64,000 nucleotides of DNA from Macrostomum hystrix. Taxonomy: Eukaryota > Animalia > Platyhelminthes. The number at the start of each line of letters is the position of its first letter. Position 1 is the stretch's first letter. The notes under the pieces are model-generated. The model saw nothing but the letters and a program-made list of their open reading frames with translations, had not been told where the DNA came from and ran no database searches. The translations under genes and the position numbers were made by a program. Where the stretch lies: the NCBI GenBank assembly GCA_950097015.1, contig CATNEN010000038.1:15624001-15688000 (forward strand), read 5' to 3'. Of this stretch, positions 12,238 to 26,400 are shown one piece after another.

Positions 12238-14426
12238 TGGCTTAAAAATATTTATATATAGATATTTAAAGGCATACAAACATTTTTATATAGGTCAATT
12301 ATAGTTATGATTAAAAATGTATTAATAGCATTTTTATAAAGAATTTATATTTAAATTCAAGGCAGAACTTTAAATTATATATTGTTTACTATATATAAAG
12401 AAGCTAGGAGTAATATATTCTTAATCAGCATGGTACAAAATTATCTAGTTTTCAATTGATTGGTTATGTTGGAAAATAGATTTTAACTAGCTAACTAAAT
12501 GTAAAAGTAGGGCCTATTTTTCTAATATGCTGGATAGCCAGTTTGTAAATTTGTTAAAGAAGCTGAGAAGGCCCTTCTTAGGTCATTGGCCTAATGTAGT
12601 GATAATATATAGCTAGCACTTAAGCTCTGTAATACTTTACTGGCACTTTATGTGTAGGCCTATAAGCATGAAGATTATCTGCATGGTGCCATGTTGTTAG
12701 AACAACCAGGGAACCAGACATTATTTCAATAGTACTATGGGAAAATTAACAGATACAATAAATTATTATACATCACTATCTATATAAATAAGTTTAAAAA
12801 CATAATTAACCCCGACGCCCATAGATAGATAGGGTTAACAACAATCTACAGACTAGACTACAATAAAAAATATAGTACAATATGACTATTTAAGAATATA
12901 TATATTTGAGAACAAGGCCTAAAAGAGTTCATATATATATAGCTAGACATTAAAAATAACTACGAGAAGGTGCGAACAATTAAAGGCCTAGGCCCTAGTA
13001 GCTAAATAAAGTGCATAGACATGCTAACTAACTTAAGACTCAGTTGAGTAAAGCAAGCAACAAAAACGTAACACAACGTCGGAACTTACATTATAGGAAT
13101 AAAACTTCCAGTATCTGAATAAAACCAATTCAATAAAGAAGAAACAATGCTGTAGAAGCAAGAAGGACTTACCTTTAAATACCTTTAAGTAGAAAAAATC
13201 GACACTGCACCCTTGCAAACCAATCAGACAGGACTGTTTTGTCCCGACCAATCCTATGAATTATCGATATAAACTCCTTTGAATTTCTGCAAAGCACGTG
13301 GTATATCAAATAGAACTGATTAAATACTACTTTAAGACTAAATATGCAATTTAAACGTCTCAAAGTATTACATGTTTTCTTTTGTGTTTTTTTTCAGATA
13401 AAATATTTATACCTTAATAAAGAAGGCTCTCATTGCCATTCGTGACAGCTATGTTCAATTTTTCAGAATATTTGTGTTTTCGAAGAAGCTAGTGTTTCAA
13501 CAGAATGGTACTAAAATTTAGTCGTAATTGCAGCCAAAAGATACGCAATTAACACTGTATTGAGTAAACTAACAGTTTTGATTAAATTTTGATGACGCAA
13601 CTCAGACGGTTTAACGCAAAGCTTGAATTTATATAAGCTTAATTATGCGCGTAGTTTGTAGTTTCCAACGTTTTTATTCTCATTCAATGTTTATTCATCT
13701 TCATATTCATTCATGTTAATTTATGATCACTCGATCAACTCGATTCTTCTACCTTGTCGTGTTTGCTAGTTGCTAAATATTTGCCGTTTATCTGTAATTA
13801 ACTATAAACACATTTAGAATTAAAACAACAGTCATCCAACTAGAATTCTTACTTCTTTCTCAATCACTAAGACTTCACGCAGAAAAAAATCATGTCGATT
13901 AAAAGTTTCGCAGTAGTAGCAATGGCTAAGCAATTCCACAGTGTCAAGATTTTCTCAAAATTACAGGCCAGACGTCTATCTAAAGCCTTATTGGTTTGCC
14001 CTAGATATAAGAAGAATCTCAGCATGTTTACATGAAACATTGCCGAACATTTATATGTTCGGCAATGTAGGTATATTTAGGAAATAATTTTTAATACCAG
14101 CTATCAGAGCAAGTCGCACATGTTCCACCGCTAAGTAGTTTTATCTAAAACATCTATAAAATCTCTGACAAAATCTTTAATGGTGATATCAGGGACATCT
14201 AAAATAACTAAAACAGCTAAAACAACTAAAAACAAGGTTGCTTTAGTTGTCCCTGGGTGATATTTTTTAAATACCAAGAAAATCAGCAGCATTATTCGTA
14301 AAAATTTGGATACAAAATCAAACTTTATACAAATCTATTTTCCCCAGAATGCAGAAAAGTTAAATATTTGACATATGCATTAATGGACAAACACTAATTA
14401 TTAAAATTCAAATAATTTAAGATACA

Positions 14427-17400
14427 ATGGAAGAAGCAACTACAATGACAGCCGCAGCTCCGGCACTGGAGCCCAGTAACCATCTGCACCGACCGACATC
14501 CGCAAAGACCCAGGACGTTGGCCACATCTTATCGAAGCAGTTCGGCGAGCAGTTCATCCGGGAGGCCATCGATCCGCAGGTTGTACAAAATCTGCGCGTC
14601 TCCCAGCGCGGCAGCTCGGATCCCTATCACGAGGAGTTCCTAAGCAAGCTTCTGGCTGTTGTTGACAGCCGTCAGCGCCGTCTAGATAAGCTAGCTCAGC
14701 TCGAGCGCAGCATCATGGCCGCCAAGGCCAGGGCGATGCTGGCGGACGAGCGTCTGGCCAATCGGCTGCACTCCGGCCGGGCCGGCTACCCGGAGCTCGG
14801 CCTGCCGGCGCCGTCGTCTCATTTCCGAGCCTGCCTGGACGCTGAGCTGCTGCGCAATCACGGCCTGATTGGCCCAACCGATTTAGTTTCGCGCGTCCCG
14901 CCGCCGGTGCCGCCGCCGAGCGCAGTCGCCAAGAGCGACCTAGTTGAACCTCTGCAGCGGAAACGAACGGCTGCGTCGGCTGGCTCCGGGGCTTCGTCGG
15001 GGGCTGGTAAGCGAAGCAGCCGACTCTGGTCCGCCACCAGTCAGCAGCAGCAACGCGGCGACAGCAAACTGGAGCTTCTAGAAGCCGATGCCGACGAGGA
15101 GGCAGAAAAAGTCATAGACGAAGCTTCGAACGTGTCTGAGGGCTCATACCGGATGCCGTCAGCTCCTCGGCAGAAAAGTCCTCGGCAAAAAAAGATTGAA
15201 AAGGTGAGTAGTATAATAAAGTCCAGATTTCTGCAGATGTTGAATTTTTACAAACGATGACCTTCAAACGCACTCCCACGCATCAATCACTTACCGATCA
15301 GCTGGCGAAGCGAAAGAATTTGAACTGGCAGGAGGAGTGCAGCACGGAGGGTCGCGGCGAGGCTCGAAAAATTCTGGCCAACATGGAGTCGCGGGTCGGC
15401 TACCTGCCGAATCCCAAATTTCTGCTCCCCATGGAGCAGGGCGGCAACGGCAATCTGCTAACTGGCAAGCTGGTCAGGTGAGTTCTGCTGGTGCTGCTGC
15501 TGCACTCTATTCTTGACTCAATCAATCAATAATAATAATAATTGCAGGAGTGCTGCAGGCAATGGCACATCATTTAGTGACACTAGACCCGCAGCCAGCG
15601 AGGAGGCAATTCTGCCCATTTCGCTGACTCCTGAGCACACACGCACTCAGATACCGTACGCAGACACACGCTCACACAGGTGTGTACATCTGCCCTGACT
15701 TTCTCATCGTCAGGCAGTGTACATTTCACTGTGCCTTGGAGGTTGGCCCTCAAGGACGTAAATTGCACGACAAGCCCCCAAGCCTTCTCTCCGCTGCTGC
15801 GCCCCAAATAAATGTGGCCTCGCCATGGAATCGAACTTAGGGACCGTGGTGCGAAAGGTAAACGCGACAACCACTCTGCCACCGAACCCCTTTGACTCAA
15901 TCAAGCTAGCAATAAACAAATTACTATCGTTGGCACAAACAATCAATCAATGAAATAATCAGTCTATTTAATTAAATTCTAACAAAATATATTGACAACT
16001 AGGCAAGCAAGGTATCAATCAATCTACTTATCAATATATCAATCAAACAGTTAAATTATTAAAGAAACAATCAATTCTCTTTGCCGAGCTATAAAACATC
16101 TAGTTTTTAATAAGTAGCTTTCAATAGTTATCTATTATTCTAGCTATCAATACAGCAATCACCTAAACCCACTGACTATGAGACAATTGCTCAACCAGAT
16201 CATTTTTCTATCAAACTATCTGTCAATTGATTAATAGCTTTATTAACAAAAATACAGCAAAGGAAGCTTCTCAATTTTCCGACTTAATTTAGATGACCAA
16301 CCGTCAGTCTGTATAGATATCTCGCCTTAGTCATTTCCGGTCTATTTAACAAATACGAGCATTGATTTCATTTCCACTCTCAATACGTAAATGGCTTCTT
16401 AAGAACACAGCTTTGGCTAAGGCGAAACACATTCCTATGCCTTGATTCATTGAAGCATAACAGAGCCGCATTGTGGATTCGCATTGCAGAGATCCGGCAG
16501 ATATTCGAATATTTGTTAGTAATCCGGAGAAGATAGTGTTCTCTGACTATCAGATTGGCCAGGTCTATCAGGTGAGTGAATTAAATAATAAATTCAAATC
16601 CTTTTTGCAATTATTTTTGCTTAAATCATGCTAGCTGTATATATTTTCAATAAAAATAGTAAAGGAAACCTATTTAAAGTGATGGAAACTTGTTGGAAGT
16701 GATGGAAACTTGTTGGAAGTGATGAAAACTTGTTGGAAGTGATGGAAACTTGTTGGAGTGATGGAAACTTGTTGGAAGTGATGAAAACTTGTTGGAAGTG
16801 ATGGAAACTTGTTGGAAGTGATGGAAACTTGTTGGAAGTGATGGAAACTTGTTGGAAGTGATGGAAACTTGTTGGAAGTGATGGAAACTTGTTGGAAGTG
16901 ATGGAAACTTGATGGAAGTGATAGAAACTTGTTTCCAAGTGATGGAAACATGATGGAAATGATGTAAACTTGTTGGAAGTGATGGAAACTTGTTGGATGT
17001 GATGGAAACTTGTTGTGAAGTGATGGAAACTTGTTGTAAGTAACGGAAACTTGTTTCGAAGTGATCGAAACTTGTTGGAAGTGATGGAAACTTGTTGGAA
17101 GTGATAGAAACTTGTTGGAAGTGATAGAAACTTGTTGCAGAAGGATGGAAACTTGTTGGAAGTGATGGAAACTTGTTTCGAAGTGATGAAAACTTGTTGG
17201 AAGTGATGAAAACTTGTTGGAAGTGATAGAAACTTGTTTCGAAGTGATAGAAACTTGTTTCGAAGTGATAGAAACTTGTTTCCAATTGATGGAAACTTGA
17301 TGGAAGTGATAGAAACTTGTTTCCAAGTGATGGAAACATGATGGAAATGATGTAAACTTGTTGTGATTCGATGGAAACTTGTTGGAAGTGATGGAAGCTT

Positions 17401-20400
17401 GTTGTGAAGTGATGGAAACTTGTTGTGAAGTGATGGAAACTTGTTGTAAGTAACGGAAACTTGTTTCGAAGTGATGGAAACTTGTTGGAAGTGATAGAAA
17501 CTTGTTGGAAGTGATGGAAACTTGTTGGAAGTAACGGAAACTTGTTTCGAAGTGATCGAAACTTGTTGGAAGTGATGGAAACTTGTTGGAAGTGATGGAA
17601 ACTTGTTGGAAGTGATGGAAACTTGTTGGAAGTGATGGAAACCTATTTGAAGTGATGGAAACTTGTTGGAAGTGATGGAAACTTGTTGGAAGTGATGGAA
17701 ACCTATTTGAAGTGATGGAAACTTGTTGGAAGTGATGGAAACTTGTTGGAAGTGATGGAAACTTGTTGGAAGTGATGGAAACTTGTTGGAAGTGATGGAA
17801 ACCTATTTGAAGTGATAGAAACTTGTTGGAAGTGATAGAAACTTGTTGGAAGTGATAGAAACTTGTTGGAAGTGATGATTTTAGCACATCTTCATAAAAC
17901 GTTTTATAAAATTAAATATGTTTTGAGCTTTCTAGGGAGACAGGGAGATTGTAGACTTGTGGTTAGAGTATCGGACTCATGACTTGAAGGTCGGGGATTC
18001 GATTCCCGACTCGACTGGAACACAGTGTTTCCTTTGGCAAGACACTTCACTGCACATCTGGTCAAATTGTGGCAGGTAAAATGAAAAAAATACTTGGCGT
18101 GGAGATTTCTTCCCAGTTTCTATATTTAAGGCTTTTTATAGAATGCAGAAAGAAAAATTAGACAGCTGAAAAATAGACAACCATTTACCAGCATTCAGAC
18201 TAATATACAAGTTATACAGGTAGCCCCGATGGCCTGTTCAAACATCGAGTCTATCTGACTTGTTGCGCAAGCAGAGCAGACCTGGTTGGTGAATCATCCC
18301 CACAATCAATCCCCACAATTGTCATCCGGCTTTATGACAATGGCCACGCTGTCTGTTGCATGTGTCCTGTTTTAATTACGTAATCTTAATATAGAATTGA
18401 ATTGATAAATGCCAGCCAGCACATCTCACTGATATACTGGTCGCTTGGCTTTTAGTTGTATCCGCATGGGCAAACACAAGACTAACGCGATGAAACTCAA
18501 TACCAATACCACCGTAGGGCAGGTGAAATTTCATCGAACCTATTCAACGATTCTAATTGAAGATAACATGACACAGAACAATTTAAAACGCTTTGTCTGC
18601 CTATATTATTCGCAAGAAAGTAGAAATAAACATTTCGCTATCTGTTTTTTTTAAAAAGATTCTACCATACTTCAATGAAAATAATGGTCTCAAAAAGTAG
18701 GGAATCAAAAACTATTTTCCTCAATTAAATAGGATTTTCCAGTTTCTGAATTCATAAATTGTTTATGCAAACTGAATCCGCAGCAAAGCTTGGAGCTGCG
18801 CAACATTTCCTGCGCGATGCGTTACGTGCGAGCGATCCCGCCGCGCAGCCAGTATTTTTCCCTGAGCCTGGGCCAGTTTCCGGGCGAATTCGGCGAGGTA
18901 GCTCCAGGACTGTGCGCAAGGTACGACGTGTCGTTTGCGCCCGACAGTTTGCGCGATTTTGAAGACGAAATCGCCATAGAAACTCAAGCGACTGGTGTAG
19001 TGCTCACCGTCAGGATTGAGGCTAGAAGGCCGAGACCCGTGCTCACCAGTGAGTTGCATCGCTTGCTCTGTATTTCCTTCTCTATCCTGTCTTCTCCCCT
19101 CCCGTCTCTTCTCCCCTCCCGTCTCTTCTCCCCTCCCGTCTCTTCTCCCCTCCCGTTTCTTCTCCCCTCCCGTCTCTTCTCCCCTCCCGTCTCTTCTCCC
19201 CTCACGTCTCTTCTCCCCTCCCGTCTCTTCTCCCCTCCCGTCTCTACTCCCCTCCCGTCTCTTCTCCCCTCCCGTCTCTTCTCCCCTCCCGTCTCTTCTC
19301 CCCTCACGTCTCTTCTCCCCTCCCGTCTCTTCTCCCCTCCCATCTCTTCTCCCCTCCCGTCTCTTCTCCCCTCCCGTCTCTTCTCCCCTCCCGTCTCTTC
19401 TCCCCTCACGTCTCTTCTCCCCTCCCGTCTCTTCTCCCCTCCCGTTTCTTCTCCCCTCCCGTCTCTTCTCCCCTCCCGTCTCTTCTCCCCTCACGTCTCT
19501 TCTCCCCTCCCGTCTCTTCTCCCCTCCCGTCTCTACTCCCCTCCCGTCTCTTCTCCCCTCCCGTCTCTTCTCCCCTCCCGTCTCTTCTCCCCTCACGTCT
19601 CTTCTCCCCTCCCGTCTCTTCTCCCCTCCCGTCTCTACTCCCCTCCCGTCTCTTCTCCCCTCACGTCTCTTCTCCCCTCCCGTCTCTTCTCCCCTCCCGT
19701 CTCTACTCCCCTCCCGTCTCTTCTCCCCTCCCGTCTCTTCTCCCCTCCCGTCTCTTCTCCCCTCCCGTCTCTTCTCCCCTCACGTCTCTTCTCCCCTCCC
19801 GTCTCTTCTCCCCTCCCATCTCTTCTCCCCTCCCGTCTCTTCTCCCCTCCCGTCTCTTCTCCCCTCCCGTCTCTTCTCCCCTCACGTCTCTTCTCCCCTC
19901 CCGTCTCTTCTCCCCTCCCGTTTCTTCTCCCCTCCCGTCTCTTCTCCCCTCCCGTCTCTTCTCCCCTCACGTCTCTTCTCCCCTCCCGTCTCTTCTCCCC
20001 TCCCGTCTCTACTCCCCTCCCGTCTCTTCTCCCCTCCCGTCTCTTCTCCCCTCCCGTCTCTTCTCCCCTCACGTCTCTTCTCCCCTCCCGTCTCTTCTCC
20101 CCTCACGTCTCTTCTCCCCTCACGTCTCTTCTCCCCTCCCGTCTCTTCTCCCCTCCCATCTCTTCTCCCCTCCCGTCTCTTCTCCCCTCCCGTCTCTTCT
20201 CCCCTCCCGTCTCTTCTCCCCTCACGTCTCTTCTCCCCTCCCGTCTCTTCTCCCCTCCCGTTTCTTCTCCCCTCCCGTCTCTTCTCCCCTCCCGTCTCTT
20301 CTCCCCTCACGTCTCTTCTCCCCTCCCGTCTCTTCTCCCATCCCGTCTCTACTCCCCTCCCGTCTCTTCTCCCCTCCCGTCTCTTCTCCCCTCCCGTCTC

Positions 20401-23400
20401 TTCTCCCCTCACGTCTCTTCTCCCCTCCCGTCTCTTCTCCCCTCCCATCTCTTCTCCCCTCCCGTCTCTTCTCCCCTCCCGTCTCTTCTCCCCTCCCGTC
20501 TCTTCTCCCCTCACGTCTCTTCTCCCCTCCCGTCTCTTCTCCCCTCCCGTCTCTTCTCCCCTCCCGTCTCTTCTCCCACTTCTCTTCTCCCCTCCCGTCT
20601 CTTCTCCCCTCCCGTCTCTTCTCCCCTCCCGTTTCTTCTCCCCTCCCGTCTCTTCTCCCCTCCCGTCTCTTCTCCCCTCCCGTCTCTTCTCCCCTCCCGT
20701 CTCTTCTCCCCTCCCGTTTCTTCTCCCCTCCCGTCTCTTCTCCCCTCCCTTCTTTTCTCGCCTCCCTTCTCTTCTCCCCTCCCGTCTCTTCTCCCCTCCC
20801 GTCTCTTCTCCCCTCCCGTCTCTTCTCCCCTCCCGTCTCTACTCCCCTCCCGTCTCTTCTCCCCTCCCTTCTTTTCTCGCCTCCCTTCTCCTCTCCCCTT
20901 CTTTCTCTTCTCCCCTCCCGTCTCTTCTCCCATTCATTCTCTCCTCCCCCCTTTTCTCCCCTCCCCTTTCTTCTACCCTACCGTCTCTTCTCCCCTACCG
21001 TCTCTTCCCCCCTCCTCTCTCTTCTCCCCTCCCTTCTCTTGTAAACTTCCTTTCTATTCTTCTCTTCGTCCTGTTTCTTCTCTCCTTCTAATTTCCCCCT
21101 CCACCCTATGCGATCTTCTCATTGCCTGCTTGTTAGTCTGCTCCTAAAGCCTCACTAAAACATGCGTTCTTGAATTTGTTGTGCATTTAAGCAAGTGCCC
21201 TCTAATCTTTCTTAGTTAGACTATTCTGCATTATCTCATTTTTTTCGTCTGCTTCCAGGCATTGCTAATCTACAATTTGGACTAACTCTTTTGTTCTCTG
21301 AGGCACTGTTAAAACGTCATTGGGTTCTCGTAAAGAGCAATGAAATGAATCACTGGGAGCTTATTTAACTTCATATGTCTTATGACAAAAAAGCCGCAAT
21401 TTATAAGCCTCTTTTGTCCGACAAAGCCCCAAATAAAAGTACATATAAACTGCTCCTGTAAACAACAAACTAATATGTTTACGCAATTGCAATTAAAAGT
21501 GCTTCACAAAGATTTCTAAAGAAACAGAACTGATTGGACAATTATGAAGGTTTCTACCCAGTTCTCTTAGGGTTAAAAATATCGCAAGATACTAAAAAAG
21601 CACTTTTAAAAGTACTGAGATTAGCTAGGAAAAAGGAAATAGATACGGCGAATCGGAAATTAATAAAAACAAAACATACCACTAAAAGATTCGGTCAGAA
21701 TTAACGAAAGATACCGTGAGAGATCTGAGCGGCAAACTTATCAAAGACTATTTAAGGCATCCAGTAATTTAAGAACAGTTAATAAATTATGCAAAATCCA
21801 TAGCACAATAAAGCTGCGAGTAAATTGATATCAAACACTTCTACCGATTTGCATTATTCCAAGCGAGGCCTCACAATTTACCAATTTGCAGTTCCCAGCG
21901 AGTTGGACATTGGCCAGTGCTTAGTCTATGGCAGCAAGACTGTCTACCTGCGACTGAGTAACGAAGGCGGAGACGGAAGTTTTGTTATTCTCAGATCCGA
22001 TCAATGGCCGGCAACTAATCTAAAGGTGAAATTTCAAAGTATATTTTCAATTCTTGCTAATGCAATTCAATGAACTCTATAATGTGTGTGTTTTTTCTCT
22101 CGGGGTTTAAAATTTCTCCGCCCACAGGTTTTGCACTTTTAACACTAGAGAGACCACGGGAGGTATTTCAAATAAATTAAGTTTTTTGTATACATTTCCT
22201 AAGAAACTATTCGCGGTAATTTAAACTACTATGAGTAGTATTTTTGTATAAATTTTTGGTTTATCAGAAATATTATCTAACTATATCTGAAAGGGCCATG
22301 ATGTAGCTCATAGATTATAGCTCCATACTCTTAACTCTGTGGTCAGAGGTTCGCATCTCAGTCTATAGAAAACAAAATTGTTCATAATTGAGCAGTGCGC
22401 TCAGTTGCTCATTTATTTACATTTCCACGCCGAGAAATGGGTAACGGCATTCGCTGCGGGGCGGAGAGTTGGTAGCTGTCCTGCCCAGTCCACGGACTGA
22501 ATATAAGGCTGCATGTACTCTCCATTCGTCTCAAACAACCCCTGCAGCGCACTGTTCAAGGCGACAGCGTCAACGACGGCATCTTCGAGCTCCGGCCGTC
22601 TTGCTTCAGCCTGCCACGCGGCGCCGCTACCACCCTGGAGGTGACATTCAACGCGCGCGGCGTCGAGATATTCAAATCGGAGTTTTTCGTGGTCTGCGAC
22701 AACTGCCAGGCCAAGGAGCTGTTGCTCATCGGCGAAGGCCAACGCCCAGCGGTCGCCATTGTCGGCGTTGATCCGCCGGGAGTCGCCGAGCCGAAGCCTG
22801 GAGAGTCCACGGACGCCGGCGCCGAGGCCCTGCTGAGATTCGAGCCTGCGCACCCCTTCACCTACTGTCAGCGCAGTCTGACGCTGAAGAATTTAGCCAA
22901 TGTTGAGCTGCCGTTCGAATGGAAAACTGTCAAGCCATTCTGCCGGCCGCCGGTGACAGAGGAGGTCGGAAAGGAGGACAGCCTGCCCGGGCATCGAACT
23001 CTCGACGCCGACAGTCCGTTTACGGTAGAGCCGGAATTCGGCCTTCTCGGAGCTTCGGCCAGTCAGGAATTCGTCGTCACCTTCGCGCCCAGCCTGGTTG
23101 GTGAATTTCACTCGGCACTCCACCTGCTGCTGCTGGAAGTTCCGTTGGGACCCAGCGAGCAGCAGCAGCAGCAGCAGCAGCCAGGAGCATCGTCTAATGG
23201 CGCCCTGCAAGCTCTGGAGCTGGAGTGCAAAGCTGTCTGCGAGCCGTTGCGAGTTCGTCTGGAACCGTCCGCTCTGCAGATTCCCGGCGACATCCTCGTC
23301 GGCACAACGATTCGTCAGCGCCTTCGCCTATTCAACGCCAGCCGGGCGCCGGTCAGCTTCGCCTGGGACTCCGTGGCTGACTCGGCCAGCATCGTGGAAC

Positions 23401-26400
23401 TCGAGCCGCGAACTGGCAGCATTGAGGCCGGAGCCAGCGCCGCCATCGATCTGTGCCTCACCGGCACCCGGCCCGCTCAGCTGGATTATAGCCTGGCCTG
23501 TCAGGTGCAGCATCTGGACGAGCCGCTTCTGCTGCGAGTGTTGGCAAGTGTGCGCGGAGTGCAGGTTAGTTAATTATTGAACATTCTATTATCTTCTTTG
23601 AATAGGACCTGAAGTTCCGGAAGTGAGGTGCCTGTGGGAGAGAGGTGGCTGCCGGTTGAGATGGCTGTGGGAGTGAAATTGCTTGATGTAGTGAAGTGTC
23701 TGCGGGAGCTTGGAAGTGAGGTGGCTGCGGGAGTGAGGTGGCAGGGGTAGTAGAGGTGTCTGCGGGAGTAAGGTGTCTGCGGGAGTGAGGTGTCTGCGGG
23801 AGTAAGGTGGCTGCGGGAGTGAGGTGGCTGCGGGAGTGAGGTGGCTGCGGGAGTGAGGTGGCTGCGGGAGTGAGGTGGCTGCGGGAGTGAGGTGGCTGCG
23901 GGAGTGAGGTGGCTGCGGGAGTGAGGTTGCTGCGGGAATGAGGAGAATAAAAACCCTCTTGGTAAAATCCGCAGATCCAACTGCAACAGCCGGATGTGAA
24001 TTTTGGCCTATTGGAAGTTGGAAAACTGGCCGAGAAGCAGCTGCGCCTGTTGAATCCCTATCAGCTCGAGTGCCACTGGACCGTGCAGCCGGGGCCGAAC
24101 TGCGAGCTGCGATTCGAACCCTTTACCAGCCGGCTGGGACCGCTGGAGGAGCAGCTAGTAACGGTTCGATACCGGCCCAGCCAGCCGCAAACTCTAAACG
24201 AAGTTTTTCGCATCGACGTGGCCAATGGCGAGTCAACGTTTGTGTCAGCCTTCGCCGAAGTTCAATCGCCAGCCGTTTGCATTTTGGACGCTGAAAAACT
24301 GTTGGAGATCCAGGACCTGTACCTGGACGTGAAGTCAGCCTACACTGTGCGACTCTACAACCAAACCCGGCTGCGCTGTCGCTTCGAATGGCAGTCAGCT
24401 GCCGGCCTTGGCGATGTCGGCCAGCTTTGCGAGGCCAGCGTTGAACCAAGAAGCGGCTGGCTGGAGCCGAGGCAGAGCCTGCCGATCACCGTGTTTGTCC
24501 GGCCTAAGATCATTGTGAGCAGTGTTTGAGTATAGCATTTCTAATTGCTTAATTTGGCGTTTAAAAATAGTTTTTCTTCGCTGTAATTCAGGATTCTATT
24601 TGCATGACTCAATTTCAATTTCAATAATTAAATATCAATCTAGGATTTAGGATCATGGATTTAGGATCTAGGATTTAGAATCTAGGATTTAGGATCTAGG
24701 ATTTAGGATTAGGATCTTATATTTTATAGTGCAATCTTAGGTTTGATTGATACTGAGATCTTAATTTTTTTATATTTTTTTTGCTGTGGGATAATCTCCC
24801 TTCCCATGTGTCTCACACTAGGCCCGCTTGGAATCGCTGCTGATCCCATGCCAAGTGGAAGGTCAGGACAGTCCAGTTGTCCTCGAACTCAGCGGCAACA
24901 TGAAAGGCATCTCAGTGACTTATCACTGCTCGGAGAAGCTGTTAGATTCCCAAGAAGGATTTCCTGTTGACGAATTCGGCACTGCACAGCGAGTGGACTT
25001 TGGAACTGTGCCGGTGCACGGAGTGTCAAAGCGCTACCTACACATTCGCAACAACACCTCCATCAGGGCTGGCTTCTCCATGGACGTAGAATTCTTCAAA
25101 GCAGTGCCACCCGAGACTGAGGTGATTCTTCCGGTCGAGCGAAGCCAGGCTGCCGCGCAGAGAACCAGTTCAAACCGGAACTCCCTGCTGACTAAGACGC
25201 CCAATCTGGCCGATCCGAAGAGCAAGCCCTTTAAACACGCTTTCTATGGTGAGCGACGAGACGCGGGGGATCTCTACCGTGCCTACAGTAAATTGGATTC
25301 CCTAGCCGAATGCGTGACAGGAGGATACTAAAATAAACACGTGACAAGGAAATTCCACAAAAAATAATTGACAGGGAAATCCTAAGGCCAATACTAAGCA
25401 AGGGAATCTCAAAAACACACTAAACAGAGGAATTTAAAAAGCGTAAATAGGGAATCCCAGGCAAATACCAAACAGGGGAATCCTAAAGCTTACACTAAAC
25501 TGGGGAATCCCACAAACAAACACTTAACAGGAGAATCCTAAGACAAGCACTACGCTCGAAAACATGGGAATTCCAAGGCTAAAACTAAGCAGGAAATCCC
25601 ATAAACGAACACTTACCAGGGAAATCCCAAAGCTAAGCACTAAACAGGGGAATCCTAAAAATTGACACTCAAGGGGAATCCTAAAAGAAAGGACTTAACA
25701 ACAGGGAACCCAAAGATAAATACTTAACTGGGGAATTCCAAGGCTAGCACTAAACAGGGAAATCCCAAGGCTAGCACTAAACAGGGGAATCCCATGGCTA
25801 GCACTAAACAGGGGAATCCCAAAAGCAAACACTTCCCAAGGCTTGTACTAAAAATGAGGAATCCCCCGGCTATCACGTGCATTCCAAGGCTAACAATAAA
25901 CAGGGGAATCCCAAGGCTAACAATAAACAGGAAAATCCCAAGCAGCAAACTCAATCGAAGACAAAGCAAAAAAGCTGGGAAATTCCAAACAAGGCACAAA
26001 AGCATGAGTCCATTGTTAAAACAAACAATGAACAATAAAATGTAATAAAAAAAATAAACATGTAACTGTAGGAAATTTTTTAACAAAAAAAGCTAGAAAA
26101 TGTTTAATATCTGACTCATTCAACCCAGTCTCCAAGGGCCCATCTCTATTGTCTTATACAATTGCAGACATGTGCAAGCTCTACCTGCGCCAGAACAAAG
26201 GCGCCGCAGTGCACTGCTCACCCCACTCTGGTACGCTTGAGGCCTACTCAGTGACAACCATTGAGCTGACAGCCTACAATGACATGTGGGGCAGCTACAC
26301 GGACAGCCTGCTCGTGTCAGTGGAGGCCCTGCCGATCCAGGCTGTGCCGGTGGCGCTGACAGTCAACGGCTGCCCGGTGATCTTCACAATGACCGCTGGC

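Noticed and set aside
18790-21147. 785-aa Pro/Ser/Leu-rich ORF
   Set aside because: Only 18784-19048 is exon. The rest is read-through into a 17-bp repeat after a GTGAGT donor, and DLEC1 homology resumes at 21892.
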